Positions 21,448 to 35,134 are shown, counted from the first letter of the stretch. The stretch: DNA of 64,000 bases from Macrostomum lignano (GCA_002269645.1 NIVC01002219.1:68909-132908), one strand, 5' to 3'. Notes: generated by a model from the sequence alone, not told the origin. Numbers and translations: made by a program.

Positions 21448-22808
21448 GAGTGAAATTAGTCTGTAGTACAAAATTTGCAATAGCTCGTAATAAGCCCAGA
21501 TGTTTGTAAGCCATACGTATAGGTTCATATAAAATCTACACTTAAAATATCCGAATTTAAATGGGCGCTCAAAAGTTTTCGTTTTTATGCTTTAAAAATA
21601 TATGAATTGAACAATTGTAGACCAAAAATCCTCCAAAAGCAGATTATTTCTTATATTTGATATCAATCAATAAAAATCCAGGAATATCCGTCACAAGGCA
21701 GAATGTCTGAAAAATTTGGCTGTTCCTACTGAAATTGAATTTCATCATTTGAAGTGAGCATCTCAGAAGATTCTAACTGGATTCCTAAAAATCCAGGCTC
21801 ATGTGCAGTTGCTGAGATGCCAATGCCAATCAATAGATCGATTCGATGAGAGCTCGCGTACATGTGGCCAGACTGAACTGCTAATGCAGCGACATGGGTT
21901 CGAATTTTGAGTGCAAATGTTTTCATTTAAAGCTTTTATAATGTGACGAAATCTCAAGAAAAGAAGAAACATAATACAAGTGACATATAATGCATAAAAG
22001 AAACGTCTAACAACCATAAAAGAATATAGAATTGCCTCTTTTTTAGGGCCATCTAACTCTGCTGCCCACACTTGCATCATTTTAGCATCTATATTATTGC
22101 CTGAAGATGCCGATTGTTCGGCGAAACATGTCGCGCAAAGATGAATAAAATTGTAATTTAGTAATTTTGAAGGAGGAACAAAGCGAATGTTCGTTTTTGC
22201 TTTCGTTCTCCTGGCTTTTGTCAAACCATAAAAAAGTCACCTCAAACATCAAAGAAACGCCATACCAATGCTCACTGGGGAGATGCTGAGATGCTAGTGA
22301 TGATGATTTGACGATGCAAAGCTTTTAGCAGGTAAAACTAAGAAAGCTATAATACGAGCGTAGTATACTATACGTTGTGTGAACACTGTTTGAAGTTTTA
22401 AAGCATTTTTGTCAAAGATAAAGTAAAAATATTTTCAATATAAACTCTGAGTAGATAGAGGCAGCAATGTCTTTGATCTCAGGAGAAAACTCCGAAACAA
22501 AGGAACTCAAGCAAGGCAGCACGCCCCCAGACTTATCGACTAAAATGAAGCGCATGAGAGCCAAGAAGACTGCTCTCTACGATTGGCTGCGATCCCGCCT
22601 TTCAAAGGCTTTCTCCCCTGTCCCAACGGAATTGCCATCCGACAGCAGCTCATAGAAACCCGGTCGCAAACGCATTACTGCAATATACATTTTTTGCAGT
22701 TGCCAAACCACTAAAGATTTGGCCAAAGAACTTTTGAAGTGTACCGTGGTTCAATTAGAATCACAAGAAATTGAAAGCTAAAATAACCTTACTAAGCTCA
22801 GCAACGCC

Positions 22809-24311
22809 ATGTCTGAGCAATGCTTGTCATTAAAACTTGCTTTTCTATTCGGTAAGTGACTAGAATGCAGCTCCCACAATACTCGTATTTAAGACTGCCT
22901 AGATTAATCCTTTTGATTGCACTCTGTTTTATACTGACTTCATTGCCCAAACGCAGTTTGCTGCTCTCTCGTGCTTCGAGTACAAGGTGCCAGTTCGCGG
23001 ACCTATTCTGTGTGCTCAGAGCAGCAGCTTCACATGCTGGAAGCCGTTCTGAACGCCTACAACAACGTCACGACAACAACTAAGGCCACTACTGCAATCG
23101 ACTGTCTAGCAAAGTGTCAGAGGGTGAGCTGCAGCGCTGCCGTCTCTGTGGAGAGCAATGCCATGTGCGAGATGGTCACCATAACAACCGCCAAGCGGTC
23201 AATCTCAGCAAATCAGGTGCAGCGAGTCATCGGATCTCAGGTCGGTGCGAAGGTGTGGAAGGCGGACGACAGCGACTGGCCTTCGCCTGCAGTGCAGCTT
23301 CGGAGTGAGTCATCAATGCATTGTTGTGGATTGGCTAGCAAAGACCGAAATTGCACTCACTCCAGTTTTGTAACTCGCTGACGCTGTTCCATTGCAGACA
23401 GCAGCACAGGTAGAAACGGCTCAATCCAAAGCGTCCTCATCAACACGACCGGCTGCTACCTGATCAAAGCTGCCGGTGCCAGAGGTGGCGACAACTTACT
23501 GAACAACACATCCGGAGGCCAGGGAGCCCAGGTGAGCGCCAGAGTCAACCTGACAGCCGGCACCCAGCTGAGCATCGTTGTGGGCCAGATGGGCGGCTCG
23601 ACCTCCTTGGAATTTGAAGGACGCGGCGGAGGCGGCGGCAGCTTCGTGTACCGGACGGGCGACCGGCTGCTGCTGCTGGCTGCCGGTGGAGGCGGTGGAG
23701 CTTCCTGGAATAGAAATGGTGAGCTGAGTGGCTGCAGTTGCTTATATTGTAAATTATGAGAATGCACGACCATTTGGATCAGCAGCTTGATTGATTTCCC
23801 CGCAGGAAAACCGGGAGAGACTGGGATAAGCGGTTCCGACAGCCGTGGGAACTTATTTCAAAATACGGGATTCGGCGGCACCAACGGTCAGCCGGGCTAC
23901 AACAACCCCGCTAGCACCCCAAGCGATAACAACCACGGCGGCTGTGGCGCCGGCTGGCTCGGCAGGGCCGTCAGCCCCAGACGGAGCTCCTCGGACGGAG
24001 AGAGAGGCGGCAGTCTGGCCGACGGCTGGGTCGGCGGCAGCGCCGGAAACGGCAGCGTCGGCGATGGAGGCTTCGGCGGAGGTGGCGGAGGCGGCGGAGG
24101 CGGCAGCAGGACCAGCTCACTGAGAGGCACCTCTGGAGCTGGCGGAGGCTTCAGCGGTGGCGGAGCCGGACTGAGCTTCGGCCATATCGGCGGTGGCGGC
24201 GGCTCCTTCTGCAGGGGCGGCTGCGTGTTCGGCGGCACCTGGACCGGCGACCAGGGCTTCGTGTCCGTCTTGCTGGAGTCAGCCTCAGCCGCCTGCGACT
24301 CAGCCACCTGA
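22809..24311 (+). CDS. Secreted PAN/apple + ALK/LTK-type glycine-rich (TNF-like/Gly-rich) domain protein, 405 aa (GR-C)
   Basis: Exons 22809-22851, 22957-23304, 23398-23718, 23806-24311; all phase-1 GT-AG introns, 1218 nt; signal MSEQCLSLKLAFLFVCCSLVLRVQG; DCLAKC...C...C PAN; GSIQSVLINTTGCYLIKAAGARGG...LSIVVGQMG...GGGGGSFVY...LLLAAGGGGG...GGFGGGGG...GGGFSGG...GGGGSF matches the ALK/LTK Gly-rich pattern; no TM or kinase. Confidence 0.85.
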
Positions 24312-24475
24312 TGGCACTGCAACCACCGGATTAAGCTTGGCCACTAGTGTTTTAACCTGGACGGTCACTGATTAATAGCTGCTTAGTCTTGTGAACATTG
24401 ACGTTTGTTTTCTGGGACAAAAAGCTCAGTTCTATGAAAGAAATAGCAGGGAAACAACAGGTAAGAGGACTTTTA

Positions 24476-24840
24476 GTCGGTAGAAATTCATTTGAAGTCG
24501 GTAGAAATTCACTTGAAGTCGGTAGAAATTCATTTGAAGTCGGTAGAAATTCACTTGAAGTCGGTAGAAATTCACTTGAAGTCGGTAGAAATTCAGTTGA
24601 AGTCGGTAGAAATTCACTTGAAGTCGGTAGAAATTCATTTGAAGTCGGTAGAAATTCATTTGAAGTCGGTAGAAATTTACTTGAAGTCGGTAGAAATTCA
24701 CTTGAAGTCGGTAGAAATTCATTTGAAGTCGGTAGAAATTCACTTGAAGTCGGTAGAAATTCACTTGAAGTCGGTAGAAATTCACTTGAAGTCGGTAGAA
24801 ATTCACTTGAAGTCGGTAAAAATTCATTTGAAGTCGGTAA
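24476..24840. repeat. 21-bp minisatellite x about 17
   Basis: GTCGGTAGAAATTCA(C/T)TTGAA unit. Confidence 0.97.
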
Positions 24841-27018
24841 AATAGGTCGGTCGTAAGCGAAATGATTCTGATTTTCTCGCTTCAATCTAATTTTGCGAAA
24901 TTATGAATTTCAAAATATTCGCACTATACTGCTTTGAATGAGAACAATGTGAGTAGTGCTGGACTTCATAACTCTAAATCTAACTACTCACTAACTTCTC
25001 ATCACGATGTAGTGCGTGCGCACTTTAAAGTCTGTAGCTTGAAACCCCGGGAATTAACTGTTGTGTTCTCAAACTACTTCTTCATACTTAATCGAAATTT
25101 TTCTTTAATACACTTTTTGCTGTTCCTTTGTTGAATTAAACTGCTATTTAACTGATTCTGGAATCCTTCATTGCTATTGATTTTGCACTCGGACAACTCA
25201 AGTAGTTCTTAGTTCTGGGTAATTAATAAATACTCAACGCAATCGTCTGTCCAAAGCCGCTCGTCTTTTTTTCCTGCCAGAGAATTTCTGGAGGTTTTTT
25301 TAGACGAGCGGAACAGATTTTTGTGCTCAGCTGTCTTTCAGTGTCTGCTTTCGGTGAATGAGTTGCAAGGCTTCAAACTTGTTCAGAAGGTCACAAAACT
25401 TGTAAACGGTAGCAGCAATTTCCCTATGGAGACGAATCCTGGAGTTGCCATGCTGTACCTTCTGGCTCGGAAATTCGTGGTGCATACGCTTAGTTTCAAC
25501 TGCTGTAGCTCAGTGCGTTGATGCGCTTTTTAATTACTTAGGGATAATGTTTGAGCCGACAGAGATTGCTTATGTAATCCACTTTGCTTGTGCGCCTCGT
25601 CTATTCCCCCAGTGTTGAATTCGCGGAGATAATCAGTAGCGTAACTCCGCTACCATAGACAAAGCAACGCTTTGCTTCGTGCCATACATGGCTAGCGGAG
25701 ATAACTCATTATCTCCGGCGGAGATAAGGAGTTATATTCGGGTCGCACATGCCAGCCGTGGATTACATACAAAGAATCGCCTGATACTAGGAGATAAGCC
25801 ATAGACAGAATCTCCTCGTATCAGGCGATTCTTGTTTATGCAATGCACCCGATTAAAATGCTCAAAGCAAACTGCTTGGGTTAGCTTTCCTGCAGCAACC
25901 GTCATGACAGGTAAAAGAAATTACTCAGGGTTTAGTATAAGCTTCTGGTAGATGCTGCAAGGTTGCAGAGATGCAGAGAGGTTGCAGTGATGCAGGGAGG
26001 TGGCAGAGATGCTGAAATGTCGTAAAGAAGCAGAGGGGTGTCGGAGATGCAGTGAGGTTCCGGAGATGCAGGGAGGTGTCGAAGATGCAGGGAGGTTCTG
26101 GAGATGTAAGAATCTGGTAGTCACCGATGAAGTCGGAGTAGAAGAAGGCGAGACAGAGATTGTGGAAGAAAGTTGATGCAATTGCAAACATTTGTCACTA
26201 TTTATGAAGAATGAAAAATGTATTGTGCATCGTGCCCTGGCTGAAATCCGAGATCCGACTCAGTGCAGTTGAAACGGTATATGAATGCTCTGAGGTTTGA
26301 CAAAACGAGCCTGTTCTAGTCAAGCATTTACTAACTGTTTGTATTATAAAGTACTTAATTGCATAAAGTTCCCCAGTTGGCTCTAACCGAGGTTCAGTCC
26401 CTGATGGAGTTTTCACAAGCAACAGAATTGGGACTGGGATTCTTGGGCTAAACAGGAATTGGGGCGCTCGCATCGTGGGAGCCGCTCGCTGCTTTCCTGC
26501 AGGCGCTTGTCTGAAACCGGCAAGATTGGAGCGACATCACGAGTGTTTGGGAAACTGCAGGTGGGCGACAGTCAACTCTGAGCACAGGGTCAGCAGCAGT
26601 CAGAATCTTCGAGTGGATAGGACCGATAACAGCTGGCAATTCACGATTTTGCATTCCTGCCACGGCTTCTGTAAGTCAGTCATCACTCACCCACATAACC
26701 TTATATTGTCAAAGTCATCATTCCACAGTTTCCAAATACTCAAGTACACACTATTGAAGGGGTTGGTGCTGTGAGCTGCTGTGAGGTGCTCTGAGCAGTG
26801 CTTTCTACATTCCCAAAGCATATAAGTTGAGCAGGCCAACAACAGTCAATCATCCATTCATAAGAACGGCAGTAGGTGAGGCCAACAAAGGCCCAAGAGC
26901 TGTATAAAAATGTTGCGGATTAGCTTGAAACTCAGAAGACAAGATAACCCGATTCGAGCTAGCTCCAAAACTGAAGCAAACCACTTCATCCGTACTTAGG
27001 AAGCTGGAACCCCTTGCA

Positions 27019-28871
27019 ATGGTGAATCAAGTTTTTCTGTTGAAACTTCTTTTCGGTAAGTTACCCCGACTGCAACCGCGTCATCTTGATGTCTTCTAAC
27101 TGATAGAATGAAGCTTAGGACCAGAGGCGTAACGCTTGCTTGTTTCTATTCAATCAACTCTAAATAAACCACGAATCTCTAATCTCTAGCAAGCGTCAAT
27201 TCATAAGGAGCGGCCCATAAAAACAGTAGCTAGCAACAAGCACACTCTGCTTCCCGCCTTCGAGCAAGCATACAAATGATTTGAGGACAGGTAAAGTAGC
27301 TGTCTCTCAAGTTGTTTGTACAATAAACATCGCAGGAGATTCGATGCTGACAATTAAGCTAACGCTGCTAGCATGACAGATATTTTTGTCTTTGCAATTA
27401 CGTTTCATAATTAGTAAAGGACTTTAATCCTGACTTAAATACGTACCGCTGCTCACATTTATTTAATGCATGATATTTATTACGGACTGCGCACTGCCCA
27501 ACGCAGTTTGCTGCTCTCTCGTGCTTCGAGTACAAGGCGACAGTTCGCGGACCTATTCTGTGTGCTCAGAGCAGCAGCTTCACATGCTGGAAGCCGTTCT
27601 GAACGCCTACAACAACGTCACGACTACAACCAAGGCTATTAATGTAATCGACTGTCTAGCAAAGTGCCAGAGGGTGAACTGCAGCGCTGCCGTCTCTGTG
27701 GAGAGCAATGCCACGTGCGAGATTGTCGTCGCCATAACAACCACCAAGCTGTCAATCTCAGCAGATCAGGTGCAGCAAGTCATCGGATCTCAGGTCGGTG
27801 CGAAGGTGTGGAAAGCGGACGACAGCGACTGGCCTTCGCCTGCAGTGCAGCTTCTGAGTGAGTCATCAATGCCTAGTCTTAGTTGTGGGTTGTGGACATG
27901 ATTTTGGCCCACAAATTGCACTCACTCCAGTTTTGTAACTCGCTGACGCTGCTCCGTTGCAGACAGCAGCACAGGTAGAAACGGCTCAATCCAAAGCGTC
28001 CTCATCAACACGACCGGCTGCTACCTGATCAAAGCTGCCGGCGCCAGAGGTGGAGGAAACTTACTGACGAACAAAGCCGGAGGCCAGGGAGCCCAGGTGA
28101 GCACCAGAGTCAACCTGACAGCCGGCACCCAGCTGAGCATCGTTGTGGGTCAGATGGGCGGCTCGACGTCGTTGGATATCGAAGGAGGCGGCGGAGGCGG
28201 CGGCAGCTTCGTGTACCGGACGGTCGACCGGCTGCTGCTGCTGGCTGCCGGTGGAGGCGGCGGAGCTTCCAGCTTTAAAAATGGTGAGCTCAGTAGCTGC
28301 AGTTGCTAGAAATTGTAAAATATGATAAGCAAAAAGCACTCGGATAAGCAGTTTGGCTGATTTCACTGCAGGAAAACCAGGAGAGACTGGGATAAACGGT
28401 TCCGACAGCCTGGGTGGCTACGCCCCCTTCACGGGATTCGGCGGCACCAACGGTCAGCCGGGCTACAACAATCCCGCTGACACCCCAAGCGATAGCAACC
28501 ACGGCGGCTGCGGCGCCGGCTGGCTCGGCAGGGCCGTCAGCCCCAGACGGAGCTCCTCGGACGGAGAGAGAGGCGGCAGTCTGGCCGACGGCTGGGTCGG
28601 CGGCAGCGCCGGAGACGGCAGCGTCTGCGACGGAGGCTTCGGAGGAGGCGGCGGAGGCGGCGGAGGCGGCAGCAGGACCAGCTCAGTAAGAGGCGCCCCT
28701 GGAGCTGGCGGAGGCTTCAGCGGTGGCGGAGCCGGACTGGGCTACGGCCACATCGGCGGCGGCGGTGGCTCCTTCTGCAGGGGCGGCTGTGTGTTCGGCG
28801 GCACCTGGACCGGCGACCAGGGCTTCGTGTCCGTGCTTCTGGAGTCGGCCGCCTGCGACTCGGGCACCTGA
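27019..28871 (+). CDS. Secreted PAN/apple + ALK/LTK-type glycine-rich domain protein, 402 aa (GR-D)
   Basis: Exons 27019-27055, 27507-27857, 27963-28283, 28372-28871; phase-1 GT-AG introns, 1209 nt; signal MVNQVFLLKLLFVCCSLVLRVQG; close paralog of 22809-24311. Confidence 0.85.
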
Positions 28872-29549
28872 TGCCACTGCAACCGCTTGTTGAAGTGGGG
28901 ATTGGCCAGTAATACTTTAACTCTGACGGTCACTGTTTAGGATATTCACAACCCTTAATCTGACTTTTTCGCTCTTCTATATGTAATCAATATATACATT
29001 ATGCTGTTAAACCAATTAATCAGTTTCAATACCTTAATTCGCAGAACTTTGAATTAAAAAATGTTCGCACAATACTACTGCTTGGAATGAGAACATTGTC
29101 ACTAGTGCTGGACTTCAGAGTTGAGTTACATGTAAGTGTAACTACTCACCAACTTCTCATCACTAGTAGATTATGCGCATTTTAAAGTGCATAGCTTGAA
29201 ACCCAAGCGATTTCAAGGCGAATCGTTGTGACTTTCACTCAAGACTTGTTATATTTCTGATCAGCTTCGCTTACATGCTTAGAAACCATTTTGCTGTTTT
29301 CTTCCTGAAATCACGTCAAACTGAACTGTTATTTAACTGATTCTTGAATCTTTAACTGCTACTGACTTTGCACTCAGACAACTCAAAAGGTTTTCAATTC
29401 CGGCTAATTACGAACTAATAAATACTGAAAGCACTCGGATGTCCCATGCAAGCCGCTCGTCTTTTTTCCCTACCAGAGGATTGCTGGAGGTTTTTTGGAC
29501 GAGCGGAATAAATCTGTGTGCTCAGCTGTCTTTCAGTGCCTGCTTTTGG

Positions 29550-30238
29550 CCTATTGCATTTCAACGGGGTTCGAGACCATCGCACCTGCTCTGTGGAGTG
29601 CGCAGTGCGACCCAACTGCACCGCCGTGTTCAAGCGAGACCGCACTTGCTATCTGGCCACTGCCGCTCAGCATGAGGCGCTGTGGAGACCCCTGGACTGC
29701 AGCAGCGAGGTCAGTCGGCTCTCTGTCATTTCTTTCCTTCTTGTTTATATATTGCTTACTATGAATTGTATTAACTAGGCACCGCAACAGAAATTTACGT
29801 ATGCAATCGCTTCTTTTAGGTTGTAGATGAGAGGTGGCCACTGATACAACCGACAGTATTGAGTCTGTTGCAGCCTCCAACAGTTTCACTGTTCCAACTA
29901 CCAGTGCCACTGCTCCAACTGCCAGTGCCACTGCTCCAACTACCAGTGGCACTGCTCCAACTACCAGTGCCACTGCTCCAACTGCCAGTGCCACAGCTCC
30001 AACTGCCAGTGCCACTGCTCCAACTGCCAGTGTCACTGCTCCAACTGCCAGTGCCACTGCTCCAAGCAGCACCATCGGCCCCATTTGCGCCCTAGCTGAA
30101 CAGTCCTGCAGCACTGATTTCATGTACATGCAAGCCTGTGACAGTGACCTGCATTTTCTTCAGTGCACAAACGGAAAATACGTTCGCAGGCAATGCGCTG
30201 ATGGAACAAGTTGGTCGGCTGGAACGTGCACTGGATGA
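29550..30238 (+). pseudogene. PAN-linker-CBM14-like pseudogene (P3)
   Basis: PAN exon lacks ATG/signal (5' truncated) and ends at 29709; exon 2 from 29820 has a 4-nt deletion vs P1 (frameshift); about 8 x 21-bp repeat (29891-30066) encoding TAPTASA; C-terminal CDSDLHFLQCTNGKYVRRQCADGTSWSAGTC. Confidence 0.75.
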
Positions 30239-32688
30239 TAACCCGCGGCTTAATTTGTTGGAATCGATATGGAGAAACAGCCATTCTGCGGTCGGTTTGC
30301 CAAGTGGCGCCAGTTAAGATTCAATTAAGACATTTGTCTACATTTAGAGGAAAATTTGATAGATATGGACAAACCAGTTTTAGTATATATGATTTGTAGC
30401 TTTTAGGCTTTAGACAAAACGAGATTGGCCTCTCTTACAACTGACAGCCTTGAGACCATGTTTTTACAGCCTCAACCACTGCCACTGCTTAAGCTAACAC
30501 CTAATTAAAGTTTAATTCTTTTACTTTGACTTTGTGGCAATCGTGGAGCTTAGTAATATGTACGTGTACTTTTTTATGGGGGCTGTAAGTTTTCTATTAT
30601 ATGAATAACTCCTAACAAGGGCAGCAAACTTGAATGCAGCATAGACAATGCCATGCATTGTTGAAGTTTAGGTTGTGACGAATAGCTATTGGTATGAAGT
30701 ACATTTATGGGAAAGTTAGAAAGGCTGCTTGCAACTGCCAATGGATTAGAATTGTGATAGGCAGAACTAGTTCTTTATAAGGGCGGGCTTGAATACAGGA
30801 AAGGAATTAGCAAAAGGCGGGCTCAAACAATAGGCGTGAGCGTGATCCCAAGGGAATCGCATAAATTTTCCTATCCTAAAAAAATACTGGGAAAGATGAC
30901 AAGCCTGTCACCGAATCCAAAGACGGAACAACACAGCGAACAGAATTCATGATAATAGGAAAGCTTTGAGGTGCATCAGACTCACAGGAGTGGGAAATTC
31001 ATGCAGCTGCATCGAAGAAAATGTGTATCGAAGCGTTTTTTTTGCTCTCAACTATTTTTCCCCAAATTTCACCTCTTAACTCTAGAATTCCCATCGTATC
31101 CAGAATTTTGCGAAGAAAAACTCGTCTTTACCTTTAAATTCGCAGATCAATTTTTTCTTTAGAGATTTTTGTATTTTATTTTCTGAAATTATGTCGATGT
31201 TACTAAGCTGTTATTTAACTGATTTTTGAATCTTTCACTGCTACTGACCTTGCACTTAGACAACTCAAACATTTTTCAATTCCCAATAATTAATAAATCA
31301 TGACGGCATTCGTCTGTCCGAAGCCGCTCGTCTTTTTTTCCTGCCAGAGGAGGGAGAAATCCACTTCTCACAAAACAGCTCCACATTGTGAGGCAGCTTC
31401 TCTTTGGCCTAAAAATATTTCTAAAGGAACTGCTGTGGTCAGAGCAGCTCACCGGTAAATGCGTGTAGCTCTCACGCCACGAAGCCGCCATGAAATCTGG
31501 TTGCTTTACGTCCCAGGCGAGTCTACAACATTGTTCGATGCAGTCGAGGACTGTACATGGACGCGAGAAGCTGGCGGTGCGCTTAAGGGTGGGAAAGTCG
31601 CTTGACTGTCTGAGTGATCTCCTTCCCCAGACTTCTCGACTGTACAGCTCCATGGCACATGAGCTGATGGCAAGAAATTCGTTATGGAAGACGGTGTAGA
31701 GAATTGGTTCCGGCGTGTTGGGAAGATTTGGAACTCGTCAGTGCAGAAGCAGAGGATTTCACGGGGTTTTCAGTTGTCCCTTGCTTTGTGACGCTCAGAC
31801 GATAAGCCGCGAGAAGTCCAAGTCCGATTCCGACAGTTTGTATTTAATTCAGTGAGGCGAAATTCTCACTTTAGGCAACAGACAGTACGAGTTAAAGCTC
31901 GGATATAGGAAGAAACCAGCCTGTCCGAATCATAGATCTATGGTCTGAATTGAATAAATACTCTCGGAATCGATTTGACTTCTCACATTCTGAGCCACAG
32001 TTGTCCTTGATCCTAATCCAGTTGTTTCATCTAAGTTATCAAGTTGTCCTTGATTAGGATATAATACTCGTAGCCCACTGTCGGAATTGAGTATTAATTA
32101 AAAAAACAGTTTGAATTGAATTGAAAGCAAAGGGCCGTTTTAGAACGCACGCAGTTGTCGGAACTGAATGCACATTGCACCTTGTGTTACCATAAAGAAT
32201 TACATGTATATGAAAATACTTAAACTTTGACTGCACAGTTAACAAAATAGAATGGAAACTAAGGTGTAGTATGCTATACTATACATACTATGTAAATCTG
32301 CAATGTAAACCTGCCATTAATTTGGGGCTTAGTCCGCCACAATGCAGTTACCAAGCAAGCTAAGATGTTCGTAGATGTAAGTTTCTGCTGGCGCTGTTGC
32401 TGAGTCTCCGCTTTCGACTTACATGTATTCACGAATTAATGGGTTATAGTGTGTCTACATGTGTAGGAGAATAGGACAGGCTAGAGCCTGTTGCCTTAAA
32501 GTTTCAAGGCAATGCAATGTTTTGATTGGCATTGAGAAGCTGATTGGCTCAGAACTTGCTGTTAAGCACTTGTTTTGAGCAGATAACTCGTGTAGCACGG
32601 TAACGAAACTCCAACAAACCTCATCTGTCAAAAGGAAGCCAGAGTAACAAAACAAATTATTTTCTTCTGAAAACCAACCCTAAAAGCA

Positions 32689-33271
32689 ATGTTTATAAAA
32701 ACTGCCTGCTGCCTGTTCAGCCTGCTGTCCGTCGTGTCCGGCGTCTGCGTCCGCTTCCGCGTCGTCCCCGGTTGCCCTGGAAACGTGACCGACCTGTCGC
32801 AGGTCAACGGAGTCCGAGACCCTCGCACCTGCTCGGTGGAGTGCGCAGTGCGACCCAACTGCACCGCCGTGTTCAAGCGAGACGGCACTTGCTATCTGGC
32901 CACTGCCGCTCAGTATGAGGCGCTGTGGAGACTCCTGGACTGCCGCAGCGAGGTCAGTCGGTGCTCAATACACCAGTAAAATTAAACTTATCCATAAGTG
33001 CCTTTCATTGTTGTTAAGAACCTTTTCGTTGATTGTTGCACCCACTCAGGTGGTGGAAGGAAGACTGGTCAACACGACTTCACCTCCGAACTCTGGTGCT
33101 GACATGAGCACCACCACCAGCTCCGTCTGCTTCACAGATGGCCAGGCGTGCACCATCGACTTCATGAGAGACTGCAGCAGCGATGTGCACTACCTGCGCT
33201 GCAATCATGGAGCCTACGTTCAGATGCCGTGCTCAGCTGGCACATCCTATTCCGCTGGCACCTGTCCATGA
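32689..33271 (+). CDS. Secreted PAN + short linker + CBM14-like protein, 161 aa (P4)
   Basis: Exons 32689-32952 and 33050-33271 (phase 0); signal MFIKTACCLFSLLSVVSG; C-terminal DCSSDVHYLRCNHGAYVQMPCSAGTSYSAGTC. Confidence 0.8.
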
Positions 33272-34421
33272 GGATGCCCACCACTGAAGACAATCTAACC
33301 AAACCAAACCGATTTGAAGCTATCAGATATTCAGAGCTTTTGAAGATAAGATATGCCTGCTTGAAGGAACTCGCACTTTAATAAAGGACACGTCCAAAAT
33401 TAACTATACTTATAATTAGTAATGTTTGGTACAGCATGCTAATGCGCTTGCTTTGTTATTTCAAATAGATTTTGTTTGTTATGCTAAGTTTGAAAGCGAA
33501 CAATCAAATTTTATAAAGCCTGCACAGAATACTCGGACTTGACCCTTAACATGTATTCATGTGGCCTAATGATTTGTTGTTTGGATTGTGGATATTTATC
33601 GGGATAAATTATTGGTTAGAAAGGTGCTTGCAAATCCGAATTGGTAGGAACTGTGACTGGGGAAACTGGCGTTTTTTATGAGGGGGCTTGAGTACAGAAA
33701 ATGATCGCTAAGGCAGGCTGAAGTGGCGTGAATTGTGATACCTTGGATTGTGATACAGCAAAACGAATTCATGATGATAAGAGAGCCCTGAGCTGTATCA
33801 AAGAGGGTAGTTTATGCAGCAGCATTGAACAAAATTTTTATCGAGACGTTTTTCACCTCTCAAGGCTTTTTTCACGAAATTTCACAGCAATTTCCGGTAG
33901 TAGAATTTTTATTGTGAAAAACTCAAATAAAACACGTTTTCCCTATAAATTTGCATTGTTAAAGTCAGGGGCACCTCTTGTTTGCAGATGTGGCCAGGAA
34001 ATTTATTTTTAAAGGATCCATTCTTGAGATGAAAATTTATTCACTTTAAAATATTTTTGCAGAATAGGCGGGTTCATTTCCTTATAGCAGGTGTTGGTTT
34101 GCCTCAATAGAGTTTTTGTACCTCCAGCGATGTTAAGTAGTATACACGGATAACAATAAAGTGTAAATTTAGCAAACAATAAAATTCAGTATGCAAACTA
34201 TTTAGCTTACTTAACTACTAATAGTAAATTATACGAGCGAAGCTGCCTATTTCAAATGCCGCTCAACTGAATGCTCTACATGTGATTTGATTGGCTGGAT
34301 TAATCCTGCCGATACTACACTGCAGATAGAAAATGTAAAACTATAAAAGCTTAGAAAATTCCCTTTAACTTTTTTACTCATATGCTCAGTTTGAAGAGCT
34401 CTCTGAACTTTCTCTCCGATA

Positions 34422-34802
34422 ATGCTCATTTATAAAGCCGCTCTGGCCTTGCTGGTTGCTGGGTCAGCCTGCTGCCTACTGAGCCTCCTGTCCGAAGCAG
34501 CCGGTCTCACCGTCCAGCTGACCATCGTAGCCGGCTGTCCGGACAACCTGACCCTGTTTAGCCGGGTGTCCGGGGTTCGAGACCCGCGCGCCTGCTCAGT
34601 GGAGTGCGCGATACGGCCGAACTGTAGCGCCGTTTACAAACAGAACAGCGTCTGCTACTTCGCAGTTGGGGAGCAGTACCCCCTGTTGTGGACTGGCGGC
34701 GGCTGCAGCAGCGAAGTGAGCTAGTTGGTTAATCAGTCAGTTAGTTTGTTTGTTAGTTAGTTGGTTAGTTAGTTAGTTAGTTAGTCAGTTAATCAGTTAG
34801 TC

Positions 34803-34833
<31 letters not shown>

Positions 34834-34890
34834 CAGTTAGTCAGTTAGTTAGTTAGTTAGTCAGTTAGTCAGTTAGTTAGTTAGTTAGTC

Positions 34891-34925
<35 letters not shown>

Positions 34926-34926
34926 C

Positions 34927-34980
<54 letters not shown>

Positions 34981-35002
34981 ATAGTTAGTTAGTTAGTTAG
35001 TC

Positions 35003-35046
<44 letters not shown>

Positions 35047-35047
35047 G

Positions 35048-35089
<42 letters not shown>

Positions 35090-35099
35090 CAGTTAGTTG

Positions 35100-35133
<34 letters not shown>

Positions 35134-35134
35134 C

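Noticed and set aside
24352-24885. Four overlapping repeat ORFs and a CRISPR-like look
   Set aside because: Head-to-tail 21-bp units with no unique spacers, eukaryotic context and no cas genes; the ORFs are by-products of a unit length divisible by 3.
31340-31900. Possible LINE-derived fragment on the minus strand
   Set aside because: It interrupts a duplicated block like an insertion, but I could not recognise a diagnostic RT or endonuclease motif.
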